Assembly (NCBI GenBank): GCA_944331915.1
Contig: CALVIR010000001.1
Coordinates: forward strand, 10,851 to 74,850
DNA: 64,000 bases
Origin: an uncultured Bacilli bacterium
GTDB lineage: Bacteria > Bacillota_I > Bacilli_A > RF39 > UBA660
Reading direction: 5' to 3'
The first letter of the stretch is position 1. Every line of letters begins with the position of its first letter. This document shows, piece by piece, positions 19,671 through 29,424 of this stretch. The notes under the pieces were generated by a model. That model was not told where the DNA came from. It saw nothing but the letters and a program-made list of their open reading frames with translations, and ran no database searches. The translations under genes were made by a program, and so were the position numbers.

Positions 19671-21504
19671 TTAACTTACTAACTGTAATTCAAACGGCGA
19701 ATTCAAAGTTCCATCTCCATTTACAATTTGTACGTTAGATTTTAGATTTAGAGAAGGGCGTACACCAATAACAGTATTAGATACTGTGTGTCCAGCTACC
19801 GCTTCAGGATATATATACCATAAATCAGAATTATTTTTATATGGTGTGACCAAATAGTATTGGATGTTATTATCATAGATATCAAATTGCCCTGCCATTA
19901 ATTCTCCTAGTCTTAATAGTCCAATCTTAACAGATGTACTTGTTACCATACTGGTCATATCAAGATTTTGATATTTTGTTAGTTTATAATTATCTACATA
20001 ATCAACACTGCCTAAATACCATAATGTATTATCTTCCACCATATTAATATAATCATCTCCTATATATTCTAATAAATATTCATTATTTAGAAAGTCTCCA
20101 ATAGTTGTATTAATAGAATAAAGAAAATTACTGTTGTTATCAAAAGCTGATAATTTAAATTGGTTCAGATTTTTCAATGGCTGTGCACTAACTATTTTAG
20201 TTAAATTACTGTTCATGACTAACAATGCGATATAAATTATTTTCTTCTGTTCCAAATCTTATATATTCACCACTATACCTTGCATTAAGAAAAGTTCCTG
20301 ATAAATTGGTATCATTATCTCCCTCTAAACGATATGGATCCTCCATTGTACCATTTCCATCTATAATCAAAACACTAGATTTAAGATTTACTACTGGTCT
20401 TACTCCAAAAGTATTATAAGAGAAATAATCACCAGATACTATTCCATCAGTATATATAAACCAAATATGCAAAGCATCATAAGGGGTAAGAGTCCACCAG
20501 TAAAGTCCATTATTTAAATAACCATTATTGTAAGTCGTTCCACTATAACTCATCGTATATTCATAAACATTAAGAAGACCAACTGAATCTATTACCATAG
20601 TAGTTTTTGCTGGCTTAGTAGTTTCTGTAGTCTCTGTTGCATTCCATACACTATCCATCTCAATAAACTTTTCCGGTTCCCTTAAATTTCCAAGAAACCC
20701 ATCGACACTGGTGTCATTTAGCCACTCTTCCATATAACTTCCTATAAAGGCAGTGTTGTTTTCCTCATTAAATGATATGGTACTTATATTCCACTGCGTA
20801 ACTAATTTAACGCTATTATCAACTGGATCTATTGATACTGCTCTCCATAACTTACCACTATACCAGATATAGTTATTTGGATCTGTTCCTGTTATAAAGG
20901 TCTGATCTGGATCTGTTGTATTTATCGCCCCATTTTCTCCTATGTTCATCTTTATAACATCAGCTACAGGTCCTTCTAATTTAGCTTCTTCAAACAAATG
21001 CCCATTACTAGGTAAAGCTAAATCATTATAATCTAGTCCTACTTGTACTCCTAAAGTAACTGTTGCACTACTACCAGAATTATTCGTTACCCTTATCTTA
21101 TAAACATTACTAGCTCCTACACTACCATCTGCTTCCAAATTAATTCCTATGGCAACAGATGGTGTACTTAATCCATCTCCTGTTACATATCCAGCAGTTA
21201 CTCCATCAGGTAATGCTCCTACGTAATAGAAATTAAATCTTGCTATTCTACTATTAGGATTACTTAGAGTAACTGTAAACTCTTTAGTCTCTCCACTATT
21301 AACACTAAGTATATTTCCACTAGCTCCATCAATACTTAAATCATATGACAATGTTCCTGTTACAATACTAATAGCATTACTCTTTTCTTTACTAACTGTA
21401 AACATCGCATATGAATAATATCCACCTACTATTAGTAATGTTAATATAATCACTACTAACATATAAATCTTACTAAATTTTGTTTCTAACAGTATTTTTT
21501 TCAT
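19671..21504 (-). pseudogene. Paralog B of the TasA-like/DUF6273-like secreted protein, interrupted by a frameshift near 20206-20225
   Basis: ORFs 20206..21504 and 19671..20255 align collinearly with paralog A. The reading frame switches right after NLYRIVSHE, and the downstream part has no signal peptide of its own. Confidence 0.7.
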
Positions 21505-21530
21505 TATTTTACTCCTTTCGATTTAACCAC

Positions 21531-21562
21531 AAAAAAGAACAGAATACTCCTATCCTGCTCTT
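21531..21562 (-). terminator. Intrinsic-terminator-like hairpin in the leader of paralog B, about 25 nt upstream of its RBS
   Basis: Minus-strand AAGAGCAG-12 nt-CUGUUCUU (G-U wobble) followed by U6. The AAAGGAG RBS and ATG follow directly. Confidence 0.6.
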
Positions 21563-21731
21563 ATTGCATAACGAAAGAAAGTAATTAGATTACTTGTAAA
21601 CTGCCCCTCCCCGGTTAACACAATGTAAACCAAATGTACATGCCGTCTTTTCCATTTTTTATACCTTCTTTCTATTTTATCTAATATAAAGATATCATAC
21701 TAATTAGAAAAAAGCTAGCTAAAAGATAACT

Positions 21732-22397
21732 TTAATCAATATGATCTAATATTTTAGCTTCCCTTCCTTCAAACCAACTTTTAACCTCTTCCATCTTTAC
21801 ATCCATTCCTTTAGCATCTTTAACAGTTCCTCCTGACTTACCTCCAAAGTGATAAATCATGTTCTCATAGTTTTTAACTGCTACAATATTATATCCTTCT
21901 TTTAAGATATATGCTTCTAATTTAGTAACAGCCCACCACCATTCAAAGTTTTCATCTAAAAGATATCTATCGTATAAATCTCTTTTAATTAAAATACAAA
22001 AACCATCAGCACCAGGAACTGGATTATTAGCAAATACTCCGTAACCAACCGCTCCACATTTTTCCTTCTCACATAATTCTATTAAATTAGTTAGCCATTT
22101 TTCATTTCTTATTTCAATATCGGAATTTAATAGTAAAACATAATCACTTTGAGGATTCGAAAGCTTAAAAACTCTATTATTTCCTTTTGCAAACAATAAA
22201 TTATCTTTACTAAATACTAATCTATTAATTATACCTCTATCATAATATTTAGATAATAGCTTTCTTGTTTTAAGCTCTGAAGCATTATCCCATACTATTA
22301 ATTCATAATCTACATCTTTCGTATTTTTTAATAATGTCTCCATCGTAATTTTTACATACTTTGGAGCATTATGTGTCAACATTATTATACTTACCAT
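21732..22397 (-). CDS. GT2-like glycosyltransferase
   Basis: IIMLTHNAPKY, VWDNAS and LLNSDIE motifs, 221 aa. Confidence 0.65.
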   Translation of the reverse strand: MVSIIMLTHNAPKYVKITMETLLKNTKDVDYELIVWDNASELKTRKLLSKYYDRGIINRLVFSKDNLLFAKGNNRVFKLSNPQSDYVLLLNSDIEIRNEKWLTNLIELCEKEKCGAVGYGVFANNPVPGADGFCILIKRDLYDRYLLDENFEWWWAVTKLEAYILKEGYNIVAVKNYENMIYHFGGKSGGTVKDAKGMDVKMEEVKSWFEGREAKILDHID

Positions 22398-22405
22398 TTT
22401 AACTC

Positions 22406-24727
22406 CTAACTAAACCATACACTAATATCAACATTACCAATGATACCAGGTATAGTTTCTGTTGATGAATATTGCCATCCAACATAGTTTCCAGTGTAAT
22501 AACAATAATGGTTATATTGGGCAATCCAAGTAATTAAATTACGTAAATAGTCTGTGTTTAATTTATTATCAGCCATTTCTTTATATGTATAAATCTTACT
22601 GATATCACCATAACCATTAGCAGTCATAACATCCATAAATCCTCTAACTATCTGCTCATAATCAGCAGTAGTTAAATCGTCAGTAATTGTATTTTCTTCT
22701 AAATCAAAGTAAATACCTAAAGTAGGATTCATATTATATTTTTCTATCATCTTTACAGTAAATTCAGCATAAAGTTTACCTTCATCATAATTTTCAGCAT
22801 AACTATAAATATAAATTCCATATGGTATACCTAATCTTTGGAGTTCTTTTATGTTAGCTTCAAGCATTATATCTTCTTCTTCACAGCCAGCAGCAATTCT
22901 AAGTATAACACCATCAATGTCTCCTTCTGCTTTAACTTTATCCCAATCAATATCACCTTGATGATAAGAAACATCTATTACTTTTTTAACATTTTCTCCA
23001 ATCATTACTCCTAATGAATTAAAGAAATATTTAACTCCTGCAATTGTTATCCAATCATTAGCATAACTACCATCTGGAAAATAATATCTCCTATTCCCAT
23101 CAGTATCAGTAACAAAACCATCTCTTAGTTTACCATCATCATAAAAAACATAATTAACTCCATCTATCGTTTTATCACCAACGGCCATCTCTCCTGTATC
23201 AGGATCAAAGTAATGCATATGTCCATCTATTAAAGTCCAACTAGTCCGCATATGTCCATCAACTCGACTAAAGAATCTTCTAATTCCATCAACTGTTTGA
23301 AAGCCTGTCTGCATAATTCCTTCTTCATTAAAATAGTAATATATACCATCTATTTGAAAGAACCCTGTCCTCATCGCATGATTTTCTACTCTACTAAAGA
23401 AATAAGTATTGCCATTTACCTCTTGGAAGCCCCATGCTTGAAAACCAAGACTATTAAAGTAATATTTTTGTCCATCAATTTCAACAATACCTAATTGCAT
23501 TTTACCGGTTGCATCAAAATATCTAACACCTCCAAGCATTTCTTGAAAGCCTGTCTGCATAACTCCATCATCGTTAAAATAGTAGTAAATACCATCTATC
23601 TGAAAGAATCCCGTTCGCATTCTTCCATTAACTCGACTAAAGAAATAAGTTGCTCCATCAATAACTTGAAGGCCTGTTTGCATTACTCCCTCATTATTAA
23701 AGTAATAATCATAACCACCTATCTCATTTAACCCTATTTTAGCAATATTTGTTTTCTTATCAAAGTAATAAGTCTTACCATTTATAGTTTGCCAACCATT
23801 CTTAGTATCACCATTAGAATTAAAATAGTAATAATCATTTCCTATTTTTACAAGACCAGTAGCCATACTACCATTATCTAAAAAGTATTTATCATCACCA
23901 TCAATAGTATGCCAACCTGTTTGCATTATACCACTATTATCAAAATAGTAATAAACTCCATCTATTTGAAAGAAACCTGTTCGCATCGGATTATCTTCCC
24001 ATCTACTAAAGAAATAAGTTTTACCATCTATATTAGTAAGTCCACTAGCTCTTCCTTTATCAGTAAAGTAATATTTATTACCTCTATTTTCATACCAGCC
24101 AACATACATTGAACCATCACTATTAAAAGCATAATAGGTACCATCTATTTGGAATATCCCTGTTCGCATTGGATTATCTTCCCAGCGACTAAAGAAATAA
24201 GTTTTACCATCTATATTAGTAAGCCCGCTAGCTCTTCCTTTATCAGTAAAGTAATATTTATTACCTCTATTTTCATACCAGCCAACATACATTGAACCAT
24301 CACTATTAAAAGCATAATAGGTGCCATCTATTTGAAATATCCCTGTTCGCATTGGATTATCGCCTACACGACTAAAGAAATAAGTTTTTCCATCTATATT
24401 AGTAAGTCCACTAGCTCTTCCTTTATCAGTAAAGTAATATTTATTACCCCCATTTTCATACCAGCCAACATACATGGTACCATCACTATTAAAAGCATAA
24501 TAAGTTCCATCTATTTGGAATATTCCTGTTCTCATCTTTTGATCAACGCGACTAAAGAAATAAGTTTTTCCTTCTATCACTTGAAAACCTGATTGTCTAA
24601 TCCCATTAACATAATAATAAGTATAGCCATCTTCTACTACTAATCCATTTAATGTCTCTTCTGCTTTAACCGTAAAAGGGCATAATAAAATAATAGCAAT
24701 TACCAAAGTCAATAATTGTTTTTTCAT
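22406..24727 (-). CDS. Secreted GH25 muramidase (lysozyme) with a long N-terminal array of cell-wall-binding repeats (LytC-like architecture)
   Basis: Signal peptide ending ..VKA-EE. About 550 aa of repeats of the type G.YYF...G.M.TGW. C-terminal VIDVSYHQGDIDWDKVKAEGDIDGVILRI is typical of GH25. Confidence 0.85.
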   Translation of the reverse strand: MKKQLLTLVIAIILLCPFTVKAEETLNGLVVEDGYTYYYVNGIRQSGFQVIEGKTYFFSRVDQKMRTGIFQIDGTYYAFNSDGTMYVGWYENGGNKYYFTDKGRASGLTNIDGKTYFFSRVGDNPMRTGIFQIDGTYYAFNSDGSMYVGWYENRGNKYYFTDKGRASGLTNIDGKTYFFSRWEDNPMRTGIFQIDGTYYAFNSDGSMYVGWYENRGNKYYFTDKGRASGLTNIDGKTYFFSRWEDNPMRTGFFQIDGVYYYFDNSGIMQTGWHTIDGDDKYFLDNGSMATGLVKIGNDYYYFNSNGDTKNGWQTINGKTYYFDKKTNIAKIGLNEIGGYDYYFNNEGVMQTGLQVIDGATYFFSRVNGRMRTGFFQIDGIYYYFNDDGVMQTGFQEMLGGVRYFDATGKMQLGIVEIDGQKYYFNSLGFQAWGFQEVNGNTYFFSRVENHAMRTGFFQIDGIYYYFNEEGIMQTGFQTVDGIRRFFSRVDGHMRTSWTLIDGHMHYFDPDTGEMAVGDKTIDGVNYVFYDDGKLRDGFVTDTDGNRRYYFPDGSYANDWITIAGVKYFFNSLGVMIGENVKKVIDVSYHQGDIDWDKVKAEGDIDGVILRIAAGCEEEDIMLEANIKELQRLGIPYGIYIYSYAENYDEGKLYAEFTVKMIEKYNMNPTLGIYFDLEENTITDDLTTADYEQIVRGFMDVMTANGYGDISKIYTYKEMADNKLNTDYLRNLITWIAQYNHYCYYTGNYVGWQYSSTETIPGIIGNVDISVWFS
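23987..24535 (-). repeat. Three near-identical tandem 183-bp (61-aa) repeats within the muramidase gene
   Basis: The unit MRTGIFQIDGTYYAFNSDG.MYVGWYEN.GNKYYFTDKGRASGLTNIDGKTYFFSR..DNP occurs three times. The 183-bp period was verified from recurring DNA strings. Confidence 0.9.
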
Positions 24728-24729
24728 CT

Positions 24730-25671
24730 TTATCTCCTCCTATATAAGTTACAATATAACTTACTCATCACTTTATTTTTTTCTATAAATGATTTTAACA
24801 TATTTCTCTTTTTAAAGTAACTATTTCTTCTATAATTAGGAATATTCTTCTTTAAATATAAAAAACTAGTGTCAATAAACCTATTTCTTAACTCTTTATC
24901 ATGTATCTTTCTCTGTTGAATATTATAGTTAACTAGTATTTTAATCGTTAAAGTATCCGTTATTTCTTGATTAAAGTTTTCTTTTTTTAAGTCATTTCTC
25001 ATAATATCAACTATTTTTATAATATCAAAGATTTTTTCATCTCTTTTTGTAGTCTCACTATTTTCATGAATAACATAATTAATAAGTGCTTTATCAATCT
25101 TTCCTATTTTTCTTGCTTTTAAAAGGGCTAAAGTAACAAAAGGTGCATCTTCATATTTTAAGTCTTCTATAAATTTTATATTATTGTTTTTAATTAACTC
25201 TGTTCTATAAATTTTATTCCAAGGTGCTAAGTTTATATCTAGTAACAAATTAGGATTATTTTTTAAAGAAGCGTTTTTAAAACTAGTAATTGTCTCTATA
25301 TTTTTATCTTTATTTACTCTATAAAAATCACATATTACTATATCTAAGTTTTCTCTTTCTACTTTCTTATATAAAGCTTCACAAGCATCTAATTCTAAGT
25401 AATCATCACTATCTAAGAACATAATATATTTACCACTAGCTTTACTAATACCAAAGTTTCTAGTTTTACCAATTCCCTTATTACTCCGTTTAAAGTATTT
25501 AATTCTTTCATCTTTATAACTTTTAATAATTTTTTCACTTTCATCAGTTGATCCATCATTAATTATAATAAATTCTAATTCTTGTTTTGTTTGTTTAATT
25601 AAAGACTCTAAACATTTATTTAAATACTTACTAGCATTATATACAGGAACAATTATACTAATATCAACCAT
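24730..25671 (-). CDS. GT2 glycosyltransferase
   Basis: ISIIVPVYNASKYL, IINDGSTDES, LDSDDY. Confidence 0.85.
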   Translation of the reverse strand: MVDISIIVPVYNASKYLNKCLESLIKQTKQELEFIIINDGSTDESEKIIKSYKDERIKYFKRSNKGIGKTRNFGISKASGKYIMFLDSDDYLELDACEALYKKVERENLDIVICDFYRVNKDKNIETITSFKNASLKNNPNLLLDINLAPWNKIYRTELIKNNNIKFIEDLKYEDAPFVTLALLKARKIGKIDKALINYVIHENSETTKRDEKIFDIIKIVDIMRNDLKKENFNQEITDTLTIKILVNYNIQQRKIHDKELRNRFIDTSFLYLKKNIPNYRRNSYFKKRNMLKSFIEKNKVMSKLYCNLYRRR

Positions 25672-25680
25672 AAAACACCT

Positions 25681-26172
25681 CTATTTCTTATATTTTGTAT
25701 AAGTCTTATAATCTTTATATTGATAATAATTTATCGCATTTTTTACTTTATCACAAGGATAATCTTTTAGTATTGTAGCAATTTCTTTATCAGTAAGTTT
25801 ATAATTTGCTACAAAACGTTCTATTTGCATAATACTAGTACCTTTTATATAATCTATTATCTCTTCTCTTGTTAAAACATGATCTATAAAGATATGATCT
25901 GTAACATATAAATCATAATAGCCATAATAATCATCAAATGACTCTTTAACATCCCCTAAAGCCACGACTTTAGCAATATCTACATCTTTATTAAAACTAT
26001 CAAAATATCTTAATCCATCTTCTAATCTTTTAACGAAGTGAAAACCATAACCATCAAGGCCATATTTTATTTCTTGTTTTCTCTTATCAACTTGATAATC
26101 CTGATGTTCTAAAAAATGCATTCCATAATTATTAACGAGGCCTTTATTAAAGACTTTATAACCTTCTATCAT
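25681..26172 (-). CDS. Hypothetical cytoplasmic protein embedded in the GT operon
   Basis: 163-aa ORF tightly packed between two GT2 genes. No family was recognised with confidence. Confidence 0.5.
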   Translation of the reverse strand: MIEGYKVFNKGLVNNYGMHFLEHQDYQVDKRKQEIKYGLDGYGFHFVKRLEDGLRYFDSFNKDVDIAKVVALGDVKESFDDYYGYYDLYVTDHIFIDHVLTREEIIDYIKGTSIMQIERFVANYKLTDKEIATILKDYPCDKVKNAINYYQYKDYKTYTKYKK

Positions 26173-27099
26173 CTAAATCCCCCCATGATATAGCTTTGGA
26201 CTAAATTTTAAGATAATCTTCTTTATCTTTCTTCCTAAACTGTTCGTAAGTATATAAGAAAATACTTTATCTTTTTTTATTTTTCTAAGCATTTCTTTAT
26301 AATCTTTTCCCTTTAATTCTGTTATTTTTAAAATTAAGCTGTTACTAATAAAACTCATAAAATAAGCTTTATCTAAAGATGTCTTTTCTATTTCTTTTTT
26401 TAAGTATAAGTAATGATTGTAAAAGTCTCTTACTTTCTTTTTTGTCTTAGTATAATCCCTATTATTCATAATACTACCTTCTCTTTGGTAATAACAATAA
26501 CCACAGTAATCTATACTATTTACTATTTTCGCTTTAATAATAACTAAGGGAATAAGTCCAAAATCTTCGTGATATGTATCTTTTTTAAAGCTAAATTTTT
26601 CTTTTAGATAGTATTCTCTTTTAATTGCATAAGCCCAAGCATTTTCAACAAAGTGATAAGTGGTAATTATTTTAAAGGCTTCTTCGCCTCTAAGGCCCTT
26701 AAAAGCTTTTTCCAAGTAAGAAACTGATTCTTTATCATCATAAGTTTCTTTTATTTGATATCTAACAAGATCAGGTTTATTATCTAAAACAGCATTTATT
26801 TTCTTTAACAAATTTTTTTCCAAATAATCATCACTATCTAAGAAAATAATGTATTCTCCCCTCGCTTCTTTAACACCATTATTACGAGCCATACTTAAAC
26901 CTTGATTCTTCTGGTTAATAACTTTATAAGGATATTTTTTTATAATATCTTTACTATTATCTGTAGAACCATCATTAACAACTATAACCTCATAATCAGA
27001 AATTGTTTGCTCCTTAATACTATCTAAACATCTTTCTAAGTATTTTTCTGTATTATAAACAGGAACAATAATACTAAATTTAGGTTTTTCTTTTTTCAT
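26173..27099 (-). CDS. GT2 glycosyltransferase
   Basis: FSIIVPVYNTEKYL, VVNDGSTDNS, LDSDDY. Confidence 0.85.
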   Translation of the reverse strand: MKKEKPKFSIIVPVYNTEKYLERCLDSIKEQTISDYEVIVVNDGSTDNSKDIIKKYPYKVINQKNQGLSMARNNGVKEARGEYIIFLDSDDYLEKNLLKKINAVLDNKPDLVRYQIKETYDDKESVSYLEKAFKGLRGEEAFKIITTYHFVENAWAYAIKREYYLKEKFSFKKDTYHEDFGLIPLVIIKAKIVNSIDYCGYCYYQREGSIMNNRDYTKTKKKVRDFYNHYLYLKKEIEKTSLDKAYFMSFISNSLILKITELKGKDYKEMLRKIKKDKVFSYILTNSLGRKIKKIILKFSPKLYHGGI

Positions 27100-29420
27100 T
27101 AGAATTCACCACCATCAAAGATTTTTTCTAATTTTTTCATTCTTCTCTCTTGAATTATCTCTAAATCTAAAGAAATATCTTCATCCTTTTTACTTTCTAG
27201 AATTTCTTTAACTTTCTCTATCATTTTCTCTTCTTTAAAAGGAATAATCTCTCCATAGTTTTTTCCTATTTTAATCGCTTCATCACTAACTTTAATCGTT
27301 GTAAGCAATTTCTTTTTAAGAGCTAAGCCTTCTAAATAAATCACTGGAAAGCCTTCATAATCAGAGGTTAAGATTAAATAATCTGCTTTTTTAATATATG
27401 GATATGGATTAACTTGACTACCCAAGAAAGTTACTTTACTAGTTAATTTTAACTTTTTAACCTCTTCTTCATAGTTATTTCTATCAACACCATCACCAAC
27501 AACCCAAAGAATTACATTATCTAACTGTGCCACTAATCTAAACGCTCGCCCTAATTTTTTTGATTTATCATCAAGTCTTCCAACAAAGACAAATAACGTT
27601 TTATGACGTGGTTTTACCATCTTAATCTTTTCATTACTTAAAGCCATAACCTCTTTAGTATCAATAAAATTATTAAAGACAAGACACTTTTCTTTTAAAG
27701 CTTTATATAGTTTTATAAATTTATGACATGCTTCATTAGAAACAAAGAAAATATATCTAAAGTCATAAACTCCTCTTGTATCAAAAAACTTTCTAAAGTC
27801 TTCTAAATCAGGATAAATATAACTGTAATCACTATGAACATATAAAGAACTATTTAAAGAAGAAAGTTTAGCTAACTTATTACCACTATAACTATAAGTC
27901 GCATAACAACAACTAAAGTCATAAGTATGATAATAGAAAACGGCATATACACCACGTCTAAGAAGATTAATAATCTTTCTAACTACTTTATTATTGTTAT
28001 TATTAACCCTAAATTCTTTAACAGCAATAGATTTATCTAATTTCTCTAAAAGTTGTCCTTCTTTTTTCTCTAGTATTATCTCCACTCTATATTTATTTTT
28101 ATCTATCTTATTAACTAATGTAACTAAAGCTTTCTCTATTCCTCCTATATTTAAATCGTAAGATGTAAATAATAAAGTCTTCTTCTCTTTTTTCATTAAA
28201 GATAAGATAAGGAAGCAAATTATTCCACTTACAGCAGGGGCAGTTATGACATGACCTGTAAATAGTGATAGAATGATTATTAAGAACAAACTTAAATATA
28301 ACATTAACTGATTAAATGAGAAAACATTACGTTTCTTTAAAACTGTCACTAAGATATAAATATATGGTAAGAAAAAGATAATAAAGCCAACTATTCCTTG
28401 ATTATAATAAATATCAAAGTAATCTATTTCAATACTTTTTAATTCTTTATTGCCATCATAGTATCCCAAGCCAAATATTTTTTGATAATTATTAGAATTA
28501 TCATAAAGTTTTTCTTTATTGTTTAAGAAAGTTAATCTTTGACTAAATATAAAATGATCAATCAGCTCTTTTTCTTTAAAGATATCAAAGATATTATCTA
28601 CCTCTAAATAATCAAGATGAACCTTAATATTTCGATAAAAACTAGTTTTAGGTGCAACAACAACAATCACCAAAATAAGGGCCACAATAATAGCTGTAAA
28701 ACTAGTAATTAATTTATATTTCTTAGAAATGAATGCTCTATATAATATATAGATAAAAACAACAAAAACACTTATCAAAAAAGCTAGCAGTGGTGTCTTT
28801 GTTCCAATACTAAGTATTACTACTAAGTAAATAAATGTTATAAATAACTTAAAAAAGATATTTTTACTTTCATAAAAAATAATAAATAAAATTGGAGTTA
28901 AGATAGCAATAATTGCACTTATCTCATTAGCAGAGTTATAAAAACCAAGTGTTCCTTCTTTTGTAATCGCATAGCTTTCAATTCCTACTCCCAAAACTAG
29001 AGGAATAAAAATTAAGATAAGATAAAAACTAAGCATAATAACAAAACTTAAATTAGTAATTTTAATATGCTCTTTAATACTAAATAAAGAAATTAATAAC
29101 AATGGAAAATAAAATAATCGCAACGTATTTTGAATCTCCTGAAAATAATTAGGATTTTCTTTAAAAAGGAATAACCCTAAAATAAAGAATAAAAAGTAAC
29201 AGCCAAAAATACCTAAGTACCATAAATTTTTCTTTTTCTTATATATAAATATGGTTGTATAGAAAATAAAAAACAAGAATAACATTCTTAAAACTACACC
29301 TAAAGTTAAGTTATAATTAAAGAAATGTAACATAATTCCCGTAACAAAATCAATTATAGGTCCACTTAAAAGAAATATGATACAGATTATACTTATATTT
29401 TTTTTAATAAAAGCCGTCAT
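27099..29420 (-). CDS. Fusion protein: N-terminal O-antigen-polymerase/ligase-like polytopic domain and C-terminal GT4-type glycosyltransferase domain
   Basis: About 400 aa with around 11 TMs and a loop reading NSANEIS...DYFDIYYNQGIVGF. This is followed by LLFTSYDLNIGGIEKAL and SDYEGFPVIYLEGLA (GT-B). Confidence 0.6.
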   Translation of the reverse strand: MTAFIKKNISIICIIFLLSGPIIDFVTGIMLHFFNYNLTLGVVLRMLFLFFIFYTTIFIYKKKKNLWYLGIFGCYFLFFILGLFLFKENPNYFQEIQNTLRLFYFPLLLISLFSIKEHIKITNLSFVIMLSFYLILIFIPLVLGVGIESYAITKEGTLGFYNSANEISAIIAILTPILFIIFYESKNIFFKLFITFIYLVVILSIGTKTPLLAFLISVFVVFIYILYRAFISKKYKLITSFTAIIVALILVIVVVAPKTSFYRNIKVHLDYLEVDNIFDIFKEKELIDHFIFSQRLTFLNNKEKLYDNSNNYQKIFGLGYYDGNKELKSIEIDYFDIYYNQGIVGFIIFFLPYIYILVTVLKKRNVFSFNQLMLYLSLFLIIILSLFTGHVITAPAVSGIICFLILSLMKKEKKTLLFTSYDLNIGGIEKALVTLVNKIDKNKYRVEIILEKKEGQLLEKLDKSIAVKEFRVNNNNNKVVRKIINLLRRGVYAVFYYHTYDFSCCYATYSYSGNKLAKLSSLNSSLYVHSDYSYIYPDLEDFRKFFDTRGVYDFRYIFFVSNEACHKFIKLYKALKEKCLVFNNFIDTKEVMALSNEKIKMVKPRHKTLFVFVGRLDDKSKKLGRAFRLVAQLDNVILWVVGDGVDRNNYEEEVKKLKLTSKVTFLGSQVNPYPYIKKADYLILTSDYEGFPVIYLEGLALKKKLLTTIKVSDEAIKIGKNYGEIIPFKEEKMIEKVKEILESKKDEDISLDLEIIQERRMKKLEKIFDGGEF

Positions 29421-29424
29421 TTAA

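Noticed and set aside
23252-24592. Four plus-strand ORFs (23252..23494, 23495..23731, 23909..24112, 24332..24592) inside the muramidase gene.
   Set aside because: They are antisense to a well-supported repeat-rich CDS. Their repetitive low-complexity translations mirror the sense repeats, and they have no RBS.
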